From a virus, in the IMG/VR virus record IMGVR_UViG_3300021960_000008: DNA of 37,169 nt; one strand, 5' to 3'. Each line of letters begins with the position of its first letter. The first letter of the stretch is position 1. The notes below the pieces were generated by a model. It saw only the letters and a list, made by a program, of their open reading frames with translations. It did not search any database and was not told where the DNA came from. The position numbers were made by a program, and so were the translations under genes. This document shows, piece by piece, positions 13,738 through 26,500 of this stretch.

Positions 13738-14601
13738 ATGTCAACACAAATAACTACAGCTTTTGTTGAACAATACAAAAGCAATGTATTTCATTTGGCA
13801 CAGCAAAAAGGTTCAAGACTTAGAAATGCAGTCCGTACAGAAACAGTTGTCGGAAAATCGCATTACTTTGAAAGAATTGGCTCAACTGCTGCGCTAAAAA
13901 GAACATCCAGACATAGTGACACTCCAAGAGTAGACACACCACACTCTAGAAGACGAGTTACTATGGATGATTACGATTGGGCAGATTTAATTGACAATGA
14001 AGATAAAATCAGAATGTTAATTTCTCCACAATCAGAATATGCACAAGCTGGAGCTTGGGCAATGGGAAGAGCAATGGATGATGCAATCATTGATGCTGCT
14101 AGCGGAAACGCTTTTGGTGGTGTTAGTGGTGGTACAACAGTAGCTTTACCATCTGCACAAAAAATTGTGCATGCTTCTGCAGGTATGACACTTGAAAAAC
14201 TTATAGAAGCAAAAGAAATCTTAGATGCTGCTGATGTAGACCCAGAAGAGCCTAGATATATAGTTGTTACTTCACAACAATTATCTGATTTATTGGCTTT
14301 AGAAAAAATTACTTCTGGTGACTATGCAAGTATCAAAGCTCTAGTACAAGGTGAGATTGACACTTATATGGGATTCAATTTCATTAGAACAGAAAGATTA
14401 GATGCAAATGCTTCTAGCAATAGATTATGTTTAGCTTTCTGTCAATCAGCAATAGGGCTTGCTCTAGGCCAAGATATTAATACAAAAATATCTGAAAGAG
14501 CAGACAAAAATTATGCAACACAGGTATTCTTGTCAATGACTATCGGTGCAACTCGTATCGAAGACGAAAAAGTTGTTGAGATTGAATGTACTGAGAGTTA
14601 A
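13738..14601 (+). CDS. Major capsid protein (HK97-fold type)
   Basis: 287 aa with strong RBS AAAGGAGG. It follows the scaffold gene. FVEQYKSNVFHLAQQKGSRLRNAV...HSDTPRVDTPHSRRRVTMDDYDWADLIDNEDKIRML matches podovirus capsid proteins as I recall them. Confidence 0.85.
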   Translation: MSTQITTAFVEQYKSNVFHLAQQKGSRLRNAVRTETVVGKSHYFERIGSTAALKRTSRHSDTPRVDTPHSRRRVTMDDYDWADLIDNEDKIRMLISPQSEYAQAGAWAMGRAMDDAIIDAASGNAFGGVSGGTTVALPSAQKIVHASAGMTLEKLIEAKEILDAADVDPEEPRYIVVTSQQLSDLLALEKITSGDYASIKALVQGEIDTYMGFNFIRTERLDANASSNRLCLAFCQSAIGLALGQDINTKISERADKNYATQVFLSMTIGATRIEDEKVVEIECTES

Positions 14602-14616
14602 TAGGAGGAAAGAAAA

Positions 14617-15126
14617 ATGGCAACAGCTAAATCAGTAGAAATTACAGCTTTAGACGCATCGCCTAGAGAACTCCTAGAAACAGGAAGTTTAGAGGGCAGG
14701 ATGCGTGTAGCAAGTGGAACGATAGCAGCTGGAACAGGCGACATTGATAATGATGATGTATTAATGATGGTACAAATTCCATCTAATGCAAAAGTATTAT
14801 CAATCAAACTATTCAATGACGATTTAGATTCTAATGGTTCACCAACATTGGCAGCCAACGTAGGTCTATATTATGAGAATGGTACTGTTCTTGATGAAGA
14901 TTGTTATGCAACAGCTATAACAACTTTACAAGCTGCAGAAACAGGTGGCGCTGAAGTTGCTTTCGAAGCTAGAAATGTTAATGCAGTTTCTAACTTTGCA
15001 TGGGAAGATGGTGGTTTATCATCTGACCCAGGTGGGGTTTTAAGAATAGCTTTAACTATTTCTAACGTAGCAGCAACAGCAGCAGCTGGTGATGTATCAG
15101 TTATCGTTACATATGTTGTAGACTAA
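14617..15126 (+). CDS. Hypothetical structural protein (possible capsid decoration or minor capsid protein)
   Basis: 169-aa ORF with RBS AGGAGGAAAG immediately after the capsid gene. It is followed by a GC-rich hairpin. The function is inferred from position only. Confidence 0.5.
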   Translation: MATAKSVEITALDASPRELLETGSLEGRMRVASGTIAAGTGDIDNDDVLMMVQIPSNAKVLSIKLFNDDLDSNGSPTLAANVGLYYENGTVLDEDCYATAITTLQAAETGGAEVAFEARNVNAVSNFAWEDGGLSSDPGGVLRIALTISNVAATAAAGDVSVIVTYVVD

Positions 15127-15137
15127 AAACAACAATA

Positions 15138-15161
15138 AGGGGGTAGTTTCGGCTACCCTCT
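15138..15161 (+). terminator. GC-rich hairpin after the capsid pair; candidate leaky terminator or mRNA stabiliser
   Basis: AGGGGGTAG (15138..15146) pairs with CTACCCTCT (15153..15161) for 9 bp, including one G-U, around a 6-nt loop. No U-tract follows. Confidence 0.45.
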
Positions 15162-15170
15162 GAGGATATT

Positions 15171-15749
15171 ATGGCAACAGAAGTTTCAATATGTGCAAAT
15201 GCTTTAAGAAGATTAGGAGATGACCCTATAACTTCGCTTACAGATGATACAGAAAGAGCTAGATTATGTAATGCATTTTATGCACCAGCAAGAGATTTAG
15301 TTTTAAGAGCGCATCCTTGGAACTTTGCAATAACAAGAGCAACATTAGCTCAACTTTCAGATACACCAGCATTTGAATATTCTTATCAATATGCATTACC
15401 AACAAGTCCATTATGTTTAAGAGTATTACAAATGGAGTATCAAGATTACATTTATAAAATAGAACACTTAGAAGGACAAGGAAGAGTATTATTAACAGAT
15501 GAAAGTCCAGCTAGAATTTTGTATATTGCACAAATAACAGACCCAACACTATTTGATGCTTTATTTGTAGATACATTAACAGCTCGTTTAGCTGCAGATT
15601 TAGCCTATCCAGTAACAAATAGTGCAAAATTACAGGAGCAAATGGAAGTATTGTATATAAGAAAGCTTAAAGAAGCTAGGGCTATTGATGGGCAAGAAAG
15701 TTTTATGGACGACCTGGTTTCAGATACATTTACTGACTTCAGGAAATAA
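15171..15749 (+). CDS. Tail tubular protein A / adaptor (T7 gp11-like)
   Basis: 192 aa. ICANALRRLGDDPITSLTDDTERARLCNAFYAPARDLVLRAHPWNFA parallels T7 gp11 VNDILASIGEPPVSTLEGD...ILNKINRQIQSRGWTFN. Confidence 0.7.
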   Translation: MATEVSICANALRRLGDDPITSLTDDTERARLCNAFYAPARDLVLRAHPWNFAITRATLAQLSDTPAFEYSYQYALPTSPLCLRVLQMEYQDYIYKIEHLEGQGRVLLTDESPARILYIAQITDPTLFDALFVDTLTARLAADLAYPVTNSAKLQEQMEVLYIRKLKEARAIDGQESFMDDLVSDTFTDFRK

Positions 15750-17935
15750 TGGCTAGAGTACATCCAATACAAACAAATTTTACTGCAGGGGAACTAAGTC
15801 CTAAGTTAGCAGGTCAAGTAGATTTTAAAAAATATTCTAATGGTGTAGAAACACTAGAAAACATGACTGTTTTTCCGCAAGGTGGAGCTACAAGAAGATA
15901 TGGCTCTAGATTTATTTGTGAAGTAAAAGATTCGTCTGCGACTACAAGACTTATACCTTTTGAATTTAATGACGAACAAGCATACATATTAGAATTTGGA
16001 AATAATTATATAAGATTTTTTAAAGACCAAGGACAAATAACAGAGGCAGATAAAACTATTACAGGAATAACAAAAGCAAATCCAGCAGTTGTAACAACAT
16101 CAACATCACATGGATATTCTAATGGAGACGATATTTGGATAAACAGCGTAGGTGGTATGACAGAAGTTAATGGTAGAAGGTTTACTATTGGTAATGTAAC
16201 ATCAACAACTTTTGAACTTACAGGTGTAGATTCTACTAACTATACTACATATACATCAGGTGGTACTGCAGCAAAGGTTTACGAAATTGCAACACCATAT
16301 ACATCAGCACAAGTATTTGATTTACAGTTTGCACAATCAGCAGATGTTATGTATATAGTACATCCTTCACATGAGCCAGAAAAGTTATCAAGAACAGGAC
16401 ATACATCTTGGACACTTGCAGATGTAGTTTTTGAAAAAGGACCATACTTAGATACCAATACTACAACAACAACATTGAACCCAGCATCACATACAGTTGG
16501 CACAGGAGTTGCAGTCGTTGCATCAGCTACAACTGGTATTAATGATGGAGATGGTTTTCAATCAACTGATGTTGGTAGATTACTTAGATTTGTAGATGGT
16601 CATGGTGTAATAACAGCTGTTACAGATACATTAAATATTACTATAGAAATACTTGTAGATATGGGTTCAGCAACAGCATCAGCAGATTGGCAACTAGGAA
16701 CTTTTTCAGATACAACAGGATTTCCAAAAGCTGTTACTTTTTTTGAACAACGATTAATTTATGGTGGAACAACATCATTTCCACAAACTATATTTGCATC
16801 TGAATCTGGTTTTTTTGACAATTTTGATGTAGGTGATAGTTCTGATGCAAAAGCATTTGTTTATACAATTGCAGCGAACAAAGTCAATGTAATAAGGTTT
16901 TTAGCACCAGCACGTGATTTAATTATAGGAACTGCTGGTGGTGAATTTATTGTAGGTAGACCAACAGGTGAACCTTTAAAACCTGGAAATGTAAATATCA
17001 CACAACAAACAACATATGGAACACATACAACACAACCTGTGCAAATCGGAAACACTGTGTTGTTTGTGCAAAGACAAAAACGTAAGCTTAGAGAATTAGG
17101 ATATAATTTTGGTGACGATGCATATGTAGCACCAGATTTAACACTGCTTTCAGAACATATAACAGAAGGTGGCATCGTAGATGTAGACTATGCACAAGAA
17201 CCTGATTCTATTTATTGGGCAGTTAGAAACGATGGTGTTTTACTTGGTATGACATATTTAAGAACACAAGACATTGTTGCATGGCACAAACACACTTTAG
17301 GTGGTACAAGTGCAGCAGTTAAATCAGTTTCTACTATTGCAGAAGCAGACGAGCAAGAAACATATTTAATAGTAAGTCGTACAATAAACAGTGCTACAAA
17401 ACAATATGTAGAATATTTAGACAGTACACTAAATCAAGATTCTGCTTTGTCAGGAACAGTTACAGGTTCGTCTACAAGTGTAACAGGACTAGACCATCTA
17501 GAAGGTGAAACAGTGCAAATACTTATAGATGATGCAGTTTATCCTACACAGACTGTAACCAATGGAGCAATCACTGTAAGTTTGCCTAGCAGCTTTGGTT
17601 CTAAAACTATAGAGATAGGTTTAGGATTTACTTCTACAATAAAAACAATGAAACCAGAGGCTGGTTCACAAGCAGGTACTGCACAAGGCCGAAAAAAAAG
17701 GTATAATGAAGTTAGCGTGCGATTATTAAATAGTGTTGGTGTAACAATTAATGGCGACCAATTACCTTTTAGAACATCAGCAGATGAAATGGGTGAGCCA
17801 ATACCAGCATTTACAGGAGATAAAAGAGTTACTAATCTTGGATGGGATAGAGAAGGACAAATAACAATACAACAAACTCAACCCTTGCCTTTAACTGTAT
17901 TAAGTATAACAGGCACATTAGTAACTAGTGATTAG
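15749..17935 (+). CDS. Tail tubular protein B / nozzle (T7 gp12-like) with an inserted small beta domain
   Basis: 728 aa. The N-terminal TNFTAGELSPKLAGQVDFKKYSNGVETLENMTVFPQGGATRRYG follows the gp12-like pattern. The insert KANPAVVTTSTSHGYSNGDDIWINSVGGMTEVNGRRFT... is a common phage tail-protein module. Confidence 0.7.
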   Translation: MARVHPIQTNFTAGELSPKLAGQVDFKKYSNGVETLENMTVFPQGGATRRYGSRFICEVKDSSATTRLIPFEFNDEQAYILEFGNNYIRFFKDQGQITEADKTITGITKANPAVVTTSTSHGYSNGDDIWINSVGGMTEVNGRRFTIGNVTSTTFELTGVDSTNYTTYTSGGTAAKVYEIATPYTSAQVFDLQFAQSADVMYIVHPSHEPEKLSRTGHTSWTLADVVFEKGPYLDTNTTTTTLNPASHTVGTGVAVVASATTGINDGDGFQSTDVGRLLRFVDGHGVITAVTDTLNITIEILVDMGSATASADWQLGTFSDTTGFPKAVTFFEQRLIYGGTTSFPQTIFASESGFFDNFDVGDSSDAKAFVYTIAANKVNVIRFLAPARDLIIGTAGGEFIVGRPTGEPLKPGNVNITQQTTYGTHTTQPVQIGNTVLFVQRQKRKLRELGYNFGDDAYVAPDLTLLSEHITEGGIVDVDYAQEPDSIYWAVRNDGVLLGMTYLRTQDIVAWHKHTLGGTSAAVKSVSTIAEADEQETYLIVSRTINSATKQYVEYLDSTLNQDSALSGTVTGSSTSVTGLDHLEGETVQILIDDAVYPTQTVTNGAITVSLPSSFGSKTIEIGLGFTSTIKTMKPEAGSQAGTAQGRKKRYNEVSVRLLNSVGVTINGDQLPFRTSADEMGEPIPAFTGDKRVTNLGWDREGQITIQQTQPLPLTVLSITGTLVTSD

Positions 17936-17968
17936 TATGGAGGTGTTATCATAGACCCAGCAACAGCG

Positions 17969-18397
17969 ATGCTCATAGCCACAGGTGTATCTGCAGGCTT
18001 TTCATTACTAGGAATGTATCAAAGCTATAATACAGCAAAGACAAATGCTAGATTTATAGAAAAACAAAACCAATACAATGCAGAACTAGAAAAACAAGCA
18101 CAGATAGCAAGTGCATTAGCATTATCACAAAGAAGACAAGCAAGTCTAGGAGTTAGAGGTGTAACAGGAACTGGCTCAGAACTCTACATTGAAAATGAAA
18201 ACTCTAAAATTTTACGTGAAAACATAGCAGCAATAACTAAAAGAGCAGTGTTTGCAAATGCAGGAGTAGGCCTTCAAAAATTTACAGCACAACAAAATGC
18301 GATTTATGGTGGAGCAATGAATGTAACAAATTCAATTATGTCTTACCAGCAATTTAGACAACAAAAAGATTTAGCAGAAAAAGGATTATTAGATTAA
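17969..18397 (+). CDS. Internal virion protein (T7 gp14-like position) with an N-terminal transmembrane segment
   Basis: 142 aa. It has the hydrophobic N-terminus LIATGVSAGFSLLGMY and follows the nozzle gene. Confidence 0.5.
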   Translation: MLIATGVSAGFSLLGMYQSYNTAKTNARFIEKQNQYNAELEKQAQIASALALSQRRQASLGVRGVTGTGSELYIENENSKILRENIAAITKRAVFANAGVGLQKFTAQQNAIYGGAMNVTNSIMSYQQFRQQKDLAEKGLLD

Positions 18398-20500
18398 ATG
18401 AAAGTACCTAAATTACAGAAACAATACTTACCAATACAAAGTGGTATAGGTATACAATCAGGTGACCCTGGAGCATTTACTGCAGGCATAGGACAACTTG
18501 GTCAAAAAATAGCTGATGTCTTAGGACAACAATATAATATAAAACTTAGCAAGCAAAATAGAGTTAGAATAGATGGTGAAAAATTACAAGCAAAAACAGA
18601 ATTTTATAATTTAAATGACCAATATAAAGAGGATTTAAAAGCTAAAACTTTAGGAACTTTAAATCCAAATGAATATCAAGGAATATATGAAAAAAGAGTA
18701 AATAAGTTTTTAAAAGATTCTACAAAAAAATATCACTCACAAACAATGGCAGAAGTGCAAGGTGAATTAATGTGGGAATCACGTTTAGTATATGATGAAA
18801 TAAGAGATATTACATCATCATTGCAACAAACAAAAAATAAAGATTTATTTATAAATGAAACTGTACCTAGTTATAGAAAAAGATATAATGAAAAATCAAC
18901 AGCAGGTGGTATTAATGCTGACTTTCAAAGTTTTATTATTGATTTAAATGCTATGAAAAACAGTTTGTCAGCAGAAGAATTTGATAAATTGCTAGAAAAT
19001 AATAGATATGAAGCTAATAAAGCATTATTAAGTTTAAACATAAAAACAAAAATGCGAGAAGAATTAAAGCTAGAAAATGTTTCTGAATCTCTTATCAACG
19101 ATAGAATGGATGAAGGAATAAGTTTGTTAAAAATGATAGAAGAATTAGAAACTAATGGTATAACAACATTAGATACAAAAGAAAAATTATCACCAGACAA
19201 TCCTGTTGTTAAAAATATGATAGACGATATCACAGAAGAATTAGATGCTTACAATAAAGCTACTGAAAAACAAGGAAAATTTAAAGTAAATCAGGCAAAA
19301 AAAATTATTCCTGATTTGATAGACCAATACGACAAAGCAGAATCATATGACGATATGAAAAGAATTAGTCAAGAAATTGATGATGCAATGAATGACTTGC
19401 CTTTAGAAGAGAGAGCTAAATATGATAAGCTTGTTAAAAATGAAGTTGCAGAAACTGAAAGGTCAATAAAACTTTATAGATTATTGTTAGATTCTGCAAA
19501 TCAAGGTTTATACGATGATTATTTTCACGATAAAGTTTTAGATTATGTAGATATGGATATGCTTACAAAAGCACATGCAACAGAAATAATTTCTGCTGGT
19601 AAAAGCAAAAAAGAACTTTTAGATAAAACGATAAACGATGTTGTTCTTAAAAACAATTTAAAAATTTTATTAACTGAATTAAATGGTTCACAAGAAATGA
19701 TTGATGTAATAACTACTTCAAAAATGCAAGGCCAATCTAGACTAATTGCATTAGAAAGCATGAAAGAATCTATGAGTTCTAAATATAATCAAAAAGCAGG
19801 AGATGCTATACAAATTTATTTAGAAACAATAGAAGCAGGAATGAAACAAGGATTTACTATGGATGAAATTCTTTCTAACAAATTAAACGTAGGTGGTGAA
19901 AGCACAGGAAATTTAGTAAAAGATATTGTAAATTTTGTTAAAAGTGATGCATATACTAAAGGAGTTGACAATGCTAAAAGCAGAGCTAACATTGTCCAAG
20001 ATATTAAAAACGAACTAACACAAAATCAAAACTTAGTAGTAGTAAATGGAAATCCTGCATATCTTTCAGATGCGCAAGCTCTTGGATATTATTTTTCTAA
20101 AAAACTTGATATTGCAAATACTGAGTTTGATAACCAATGGAGAGAAAGAAGGACAATAGGAACTAGTCAGCAAACACAACCTGATGGAACAATTGTAGAA
20201 TATCCTGTATATGAATCTATTGTTGAATATAGTAAAAGACAAGACTTATACAAATTGGCTAAAAATGCAAGATTAAATTTAACTCCTAAAGAATTTACAA
20301 AATTAGGTCAAGCTTTAGGTTTTGATGATGCAAATGTTAAAGCTGTTGCAACAGAAATTTATAAAGTACCTGGTCAAAAACCAATACAAAAACAAGAAGA
20401 AGATAAAAGTGATAGAGTTACAGACGTAAAAAAAGAAGCTATAAATATACACAAAAATAAAATGAGTGAACAGGATAAAGAAAAATATGGCGTTGAATAA
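18398..20500 (+). CDS. Internal virion / ejection protein (T7 gp15-like position), K/E/N-rich and helical
   Basis: 700-aa ORF that follows the stop codon of the previous gene without a gap. The call rests on composition and synteny, and I recognise no motif. Confidence 0.55.
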   Translation: MKVPKLQKQYLPIQSGIGIQSGDPGAFTAGIGQLGQKIADVLGQQYNIKLSKQNRVRIDGEKLQAKTEFYNLNDQYKEDLKAKTLGTLNPNEYQGIYEKRVNKFLKDSTKKYHSQTMAEVQGELMWESRLVYDEIRDITSSLQQTKNKDLFINETVPSYRKRYNEKSTAGGINADFQSFIIDLNAMKNSLSAEEFDKLLENNRYEANKALLSLNIKTKMREELKLENVSESLINDRMDEGISLLKMIEELETNGITTLDTKEKLSPDNPVVKNMIDDITEELDAYNKATEKQGKFKVNQAKKIIPDLIDQYDKAESYDDMKRISQEIDDAMNDLPLEERAKYDKLVKNEVAETERSIKLYRLLLDSANQGLYDDYFHDKVLDYVDMDMLTKAHATEIISAGKSKKELLDKTINDVVLKNNLKILLTELNGSQEMIDVITTSKMQGQSRLIALESMKESMSSKYNQKAGDAIQIYLETIEAGMKQGFTMDEILSNKLNVGGESTGNLVKDIVNFVKSDAYTKGVDNAKSRANIVQDIKNELTQNQNLVVVNGNPAYLSDAQALGYYFSKKLDIANTEFDNQWRERRTIGTSQQTQPDGTIVEYPVYESIVEYSKRQDLYKLAKNARLNLTPKEFTKLGQALGFDDANVKAVATEIYKVPGQKPIQKQEEDKSDRVTDVKKEAINIHKNKMSEQDKEKYGVE

Positions 20501-23500
20501 CACTATACCTACAAGAACAGAATTGATGCAAGCTGGTTACGATGTAAAAACAGTAGATAGTATTATAGGAAACCGTAATACTCTTTTAAAAAAACAAGGA
20601 TTTAGTGAACATGATATAAATGTTTATGATGGTGTTTATCCTAGAGATAAAGAACTTATACCTTCTTTAATGTTTGCTTTTGATAATAAATTTAATCTTA
20701 CAAAAAATGAATACGAAAATAGCAAAAACAATCCTGAAATATTGTCACAATTAATAGACGAAAAAGCAAAATCATTTAATAATTATTACGAAAAGCTTTA
20801 TACAAATGATAAGAATTTTACTAAATTAGCTACAGATGGTTTGCTAAATTTACAAAAACAAAAACCCTTTAAAACCCCAGATTTGTTACAACAAAATTTA
20901 ATAAATCCTGACGGCACAAATATAGCAGATTATTTAGGAACAAATAATATTGGCTTATATGATTATGATATAGGTAAACCTGTTTATGATTATTTGTTTT
21001 CACGATACCCTGATTTTACACAAGAAAACAAAGATAATTTGCACTATCTACTTAGCCGTATAGCTTCTAATGAAAGCAACACTACTATGAAATATGATGC
21101 AGATAAAAATAGAGGTGGAGCTTTCGGATATGATACAAAAAATGAAATTACTGCACCTAATAGTTTTCGTGGTGCATTAACTTTGTTGCAAAGACAATAT
21201 GATAGAGATAATGACCCTGTTCCATTTTGGGTGTTAGATGCATTAAAACACAATAATCCAACAAGATTAAGTCCAGCTCAAGAAATAGAATTGCAAACAG
21301 CAATATATAATAGTGTGCCTGCCAAAATGAGATTAGGAATAGCTAAAGGTAACAAAGAAGTCATGTTAGATTATTACAGAATTTATGTAAATGACAATAA
21401 ACAAAAAGTTGAAGAATTTGCAAAACTATTAGAACAAAACGATAACGTAGTACCTGTTGGTTTTGATTTACCATATTTTAGTGATACTGATTATTCAGTA
21501 CAAAATACTTTTTTAGAGCCTTATGCAGATAGAGTTAAAAACTTTTTTGGTGGCCAAGGTTATAATGCTATCTTAGGAAATGGTAGTTTAAATCATAGTT
21601 ACATTGGAAGAGGCATAGATTATGCAAGATTTCATTTTGGCTATATGAGTAAAGATGAAGCAATGAATAGAATTGCTGTTGCTGATTCAATTCATCAAAG
21701 TCGTAGCAATGGTTTTAATTCTTTTATGCATGAACTTGTTACTTTCGGACTTAATTATCCAACATATTCTGGATTCGGCAGACTTTTTGCTGCAGGCACA
21801 AGTTTTACAAAAATGCCTTTAATTCAATCAATTATAGGTGGAGCTGGTAGTTTTGTAGGACCAGAACTTATGCACCAACCAATACTTGCTGCTCTTAGAG
21901 ATGGTCAAAAAATAAACAACTTAGAACAATTAAATGATTATTTGTGGTCTAATGAAGCATTGCAAGTATATATGGATTCAGCAGTTTTAGGTTCAGTAAC
22001 TGCAGGTAGTGCAATAATGTTTAGACGAGCCAATAGTCAATTGTTAGCAAATCAAATAGCAAAAAATTACAACAAAAATAATTTTTTAATGTGGGGTGGA
22101 GCTTTAGGAAAAACAGAAGCTGCAGGTTCTATATTTGGATTAGGAACAGGTATGTCTGTTTTAGATTATTACCATACAGGTGAATTTAATTTTCAAGACA
22201 ATTATCTTTCTGCAAGTGCATTTGTTGGTGCTGTAGGTCTTTCTAAATATGCATTTCGTAATTTTAAATCAATGTTTGAAACAAATAAAATAAGAGATGA
22301 CCATTTTAAAGAAGGAACACTTGCAAATGATTTCTTAAAAACTGGATATAAAGACCCAGCTACTGTTGCTGGTGAAAATACTTTTGATTTATACATGAAA
22401 CTTAAGAAAGGTGTAAATGTAATAATTCCTAAAAAATTTAAAATTAATGAAGAAATTACAGGCAATAGTAAAGTTGTAAACGAAAAAGAACAAAACGGAA
22501 CAATCTTGTTAGAAACTGAAAGTCCTTCTGGTGCAAAAAATATTGAATTAGCAGAAAATGTTTTGAAAGATAATGTAGATTCAAATCTTAGATATAATGA
22601 AGAAAAACAAAAGTATGAAAACATACTAGAATCTGAACCACGTGAATATAAGATAAATCAAACAGACACAGAAAAATTGTCATTTAATAATGAAAGACCT
22701 AATTTACAACGAAATTATTCTTTATCGTTTGTAAAAAATGCATTAGAAGAAGTAGTAAGACATTATGGAACTACGACTGACACAGTTTTATTGCTAGCAA
22801 AAGATTATCCAGAATTTAATGAGTATATTGCAGAATCAGGAATTATGCCTGTACCTGATGTTGAAAAAAATTTAAAATATTGGAAACAAGATACTGAATA
22901 CGATAAAACAAAAGTATTTGGTACAAGCTTTGAAACAACTATTGACCAACACAACCAGGTAATATCAAATATTTTTAATTCAAAAAAAAATCAGTTTCAA
23001 GAATTAAATTTAAATGTTGACACAGGTTCAATTGCTATTTTTAAAACAGCAGATATGTATGTTGGATTGCCGTCAAAATTATACAAAATATTGTCAAATC
23101 CTAAAAATTTAAAAGGTGATGAGGAGTATGACAAACCATCTATGGTATTTCATCCTAAAAGAGGAATGGATTTAAATGATGTAAGAGAGTTTATGTATAG
23201 TACAGATGTGCAAGAAATTGGTCGTTTAATTTTTATAGACAAAGATGGTAAGGTTCTAGCTAGTGTAAAACCTTTAAATGTAGCACGTTATGCACAATTA
23301 ATAGAAAAAGCTAAAAAAGAATATAAAAGAGATGATGAAGCTATAATTATTAAAGATACAGGTTTAAAAAATGGTGGAACACCACATGAACCTCATGTTT
23401 TAATTGAATCAGTATTTGATGAAAAAACAGTAAATTCTATATATAATCAAAAAACAGGGTTAGACTATATAGATGCATCTATGATAGTTTTAGCTGTTAC

Positions 23501-26500
23501 TGGTAAAAAAATACAAAACATACCAACTGGGTCTTATGGTCATTATGACCCTACTGATAACACTGTAAACATAAGTCCTATAAAACATGTAAGTGCTTTA
23601 AAATTTGGCACTGGAGAGTCAACTGAAAAGATAGGTGGATTTATTGGAAAACAATTGCCTGGTTTTGCTTACACTATAAGTCAAGCTATTACAGCTTTTC
23701 ACGAAATAGGTCACATGGAACAAGGAAATGCAGATGGTTTTACACCAAGTAGTTATGGGTACGAAAGTTGGGGGGAGTTTATCAAAGCTTATGGAGTTGA
23801 AACAACTTTCGGAGGAGCAAAAGCTATTGATTTGCCGTTTGATTTTACAGTAGAAGAATTTAGAAATAGAGCAGCTAAATGGGAAGAAGGATTTAAAGCA
23901 ATAGAAAGAATGGATGCTGATGCTTTATACAAACTTTTTGGTACAGGAAATATTATTGGTAATTTAACAAAAGCAAAAGGTTTTATATATAATGCTATTA
24001 ACAAAAAAACTGGAGAAATAAAAGGAGTATTAGATAAAACAATTTTAGATGCATTATATGAAGAAGCACTAGCAGATGCAAAAATAGCTGAAAAAGAATG
24101 GCAAAAAGAAATTGATGCTATGGGTCTTCAAATTACACCAAAAGACATTTTATCTGTTTGGAATAAAACTAATGCAAGAGATTTTTTACCACCTGAATTA
24201 TATGACAAAATAGCAAGAGCTGATGAAGCATTAAAAAAAGAAATTATTAAACAAGCAATGAAAGGCATTATACATGATGATTTAAAAGTAATAGTTGATT
24301 TAATAAATGATGTAGAAATAACAAAACCTGATTTTGCAGCACAAGCTAAAAAAAGATTTGCAGAAGCTGTGCAAAGAGAAATGAATCGCAGAGGAATGGT
24401 TACATTAGAACAAATTACAAATGAAATTGCAGATATAAGTTTAATTATAAGACCTGTTACTATGTTTACAAACATTACTCGTTCGAAAATGGGATATGTA
24501 AAAGTAACTAAAGAATCTTTTATGAAAATAATTAAAATGAATGAAAAAGAAATTGCAAAAGAAATAGAGAAAGTCAAAAAAAAGATTGCAGCAGCACCAG
24601 GAGCAGAGACAACAGCAAATCTAACTAATTATGAAAAATATTTAAATGCGTTTGACGCTGAAGAGTTATCATATAGACGTAATAGTGCAGAAATGTATGC
24701 TGACTTTATGAGCGCACTTTTAGCACATCCAGAACTTGTTAAAGATAGAGCGCCTAATGCTCTAGAATTATTCCATAATTTTATGGACGAACGACCAGCT
24801 TTTAAAAAGATTTATACAGAAATATTAAATCAATTAAATGCAGGAACTAATGCTAGAGCAGATGCTGCTATTAAATTTATGGCTGACGATATTAAAAAAG
24901 AATCTGACAATGCTATATCAAGACTTAGCAAAAGAACAAAATCATTAATATTAGACCCATTAAGCAACAATTTTATAGATTTAGCAAAACAAATTTTTGT
25001 ATCAAAAGAAGCTTACATAAATGCAAGAACAGATAGTTATAGACCATCTTTAACAAATGGTATAGCAAGTTGGAAAAATACTGAACTTTCACCAACAGGA
25101 AAACCTACTGGTCGTTATGTAGGACTTAGTGAAGCAGAAAGAGTACAGGCTAAAATAGATGATTACAAAATGTTTGGGTCAACTGCCGAAGCATATCAAA
25201 TGGACACGTTAAACAATGTAGTTAATCCTGCAAAAGAATATCTTGCAGAAAAAGGTAAACCCTATGATTATTTTTCTGTCCTTATAATAGCTAACAGATT
25301 ACACTCTCTTAAAAAAACTGGAGAAAAAGATATTGAATCTCCTTATAAGTTAATATCAGAAGATGAATATTTTGTAAACTTAGAAAAAGCTCAAGAACAA
25401 GTAGAAGCTCTCGAAAATAAAGAAGATGCAGAATATGAATTACAACAAGCTAAAGAAAAATTAAATGTTTTAAAAGGTTTAGAAAAATATATAAATCAAT
25501 TTAGAACTATAGAAGATTTGAAAACACATTTTGATGAAAACTATCCAGAATTAAATAAGATTGCGGAAGTTTTTTATACACAAAATCGTGAATTTATGAG
25601 AAATGCTTTTAGTCATGGTGCAACTGAATCTATAACTAGAGAACAATATGATATGTTTATAGAAAAAGCACCTATAAAATTTTATGCTACATTAAAACCA
25701 GTAGATAAAATATATGATGCAATAGCTGGTCATGATTATACTGGAAGTTTTGGTGGTAGTAAACTTGACACAGCTTTTCACGAAGGTTTTTTTAATACAC
25801 CTTTAGACCCTGTTTTTGCAACAGTACAAAAATTATCTGTTATTGGTGCAAGAGAAAAACGTAATCAAGCACTTCTTTCAATGATAGGAAAACCTATTGA
25901 TGGAGAATATATGTCAGAACGTATTCCTACATCTTCTATAAATTACAAAGAAGATATAGATATGTGGAAAGCATTAGATAACACAGCAGGATTTTTTATA
26001 CAATATGCAGATGTGTTTCAATATTATGATTCATGGCATAGCATGACTATACCTTTTGATACTAGTGGTCTTACAAAAGAAGAATTAAAAGAATATAATG
26101 AACACAATCCTAAAAACACACGTGAACACATAGAGTTTGTACGAAAATTTTCTAAAAAATTATTTAAAGAAAAATTAGCTCGACCATCAGCAGTGCCAGT
26201 AGAATATAAAGGAAAAGTAGTAGAGCAAACTAAAAGATTTGTAGTATCTGGAATGAGTAGGTATGCAATTTATTCTGGTAAAGGCAGTGGAGATGTTCGC
26301 AAAATAGTTGATGTAATAACAAGAGAGGAATTAACTAAGGAAGAATATGTTGAATTAGTTGCAGAAAAAAATGAAGAACTAGCTGAGTTTTACGAAAAAT
26401 ATAAAAAAGCTCCTAAAAGAAAAAGAGTGCCTATAGGTTTTTATTCAAAGAAACAATTTGGAATTGTAAGGCCAGAAATTAGAATTAGCTATGAAGACTT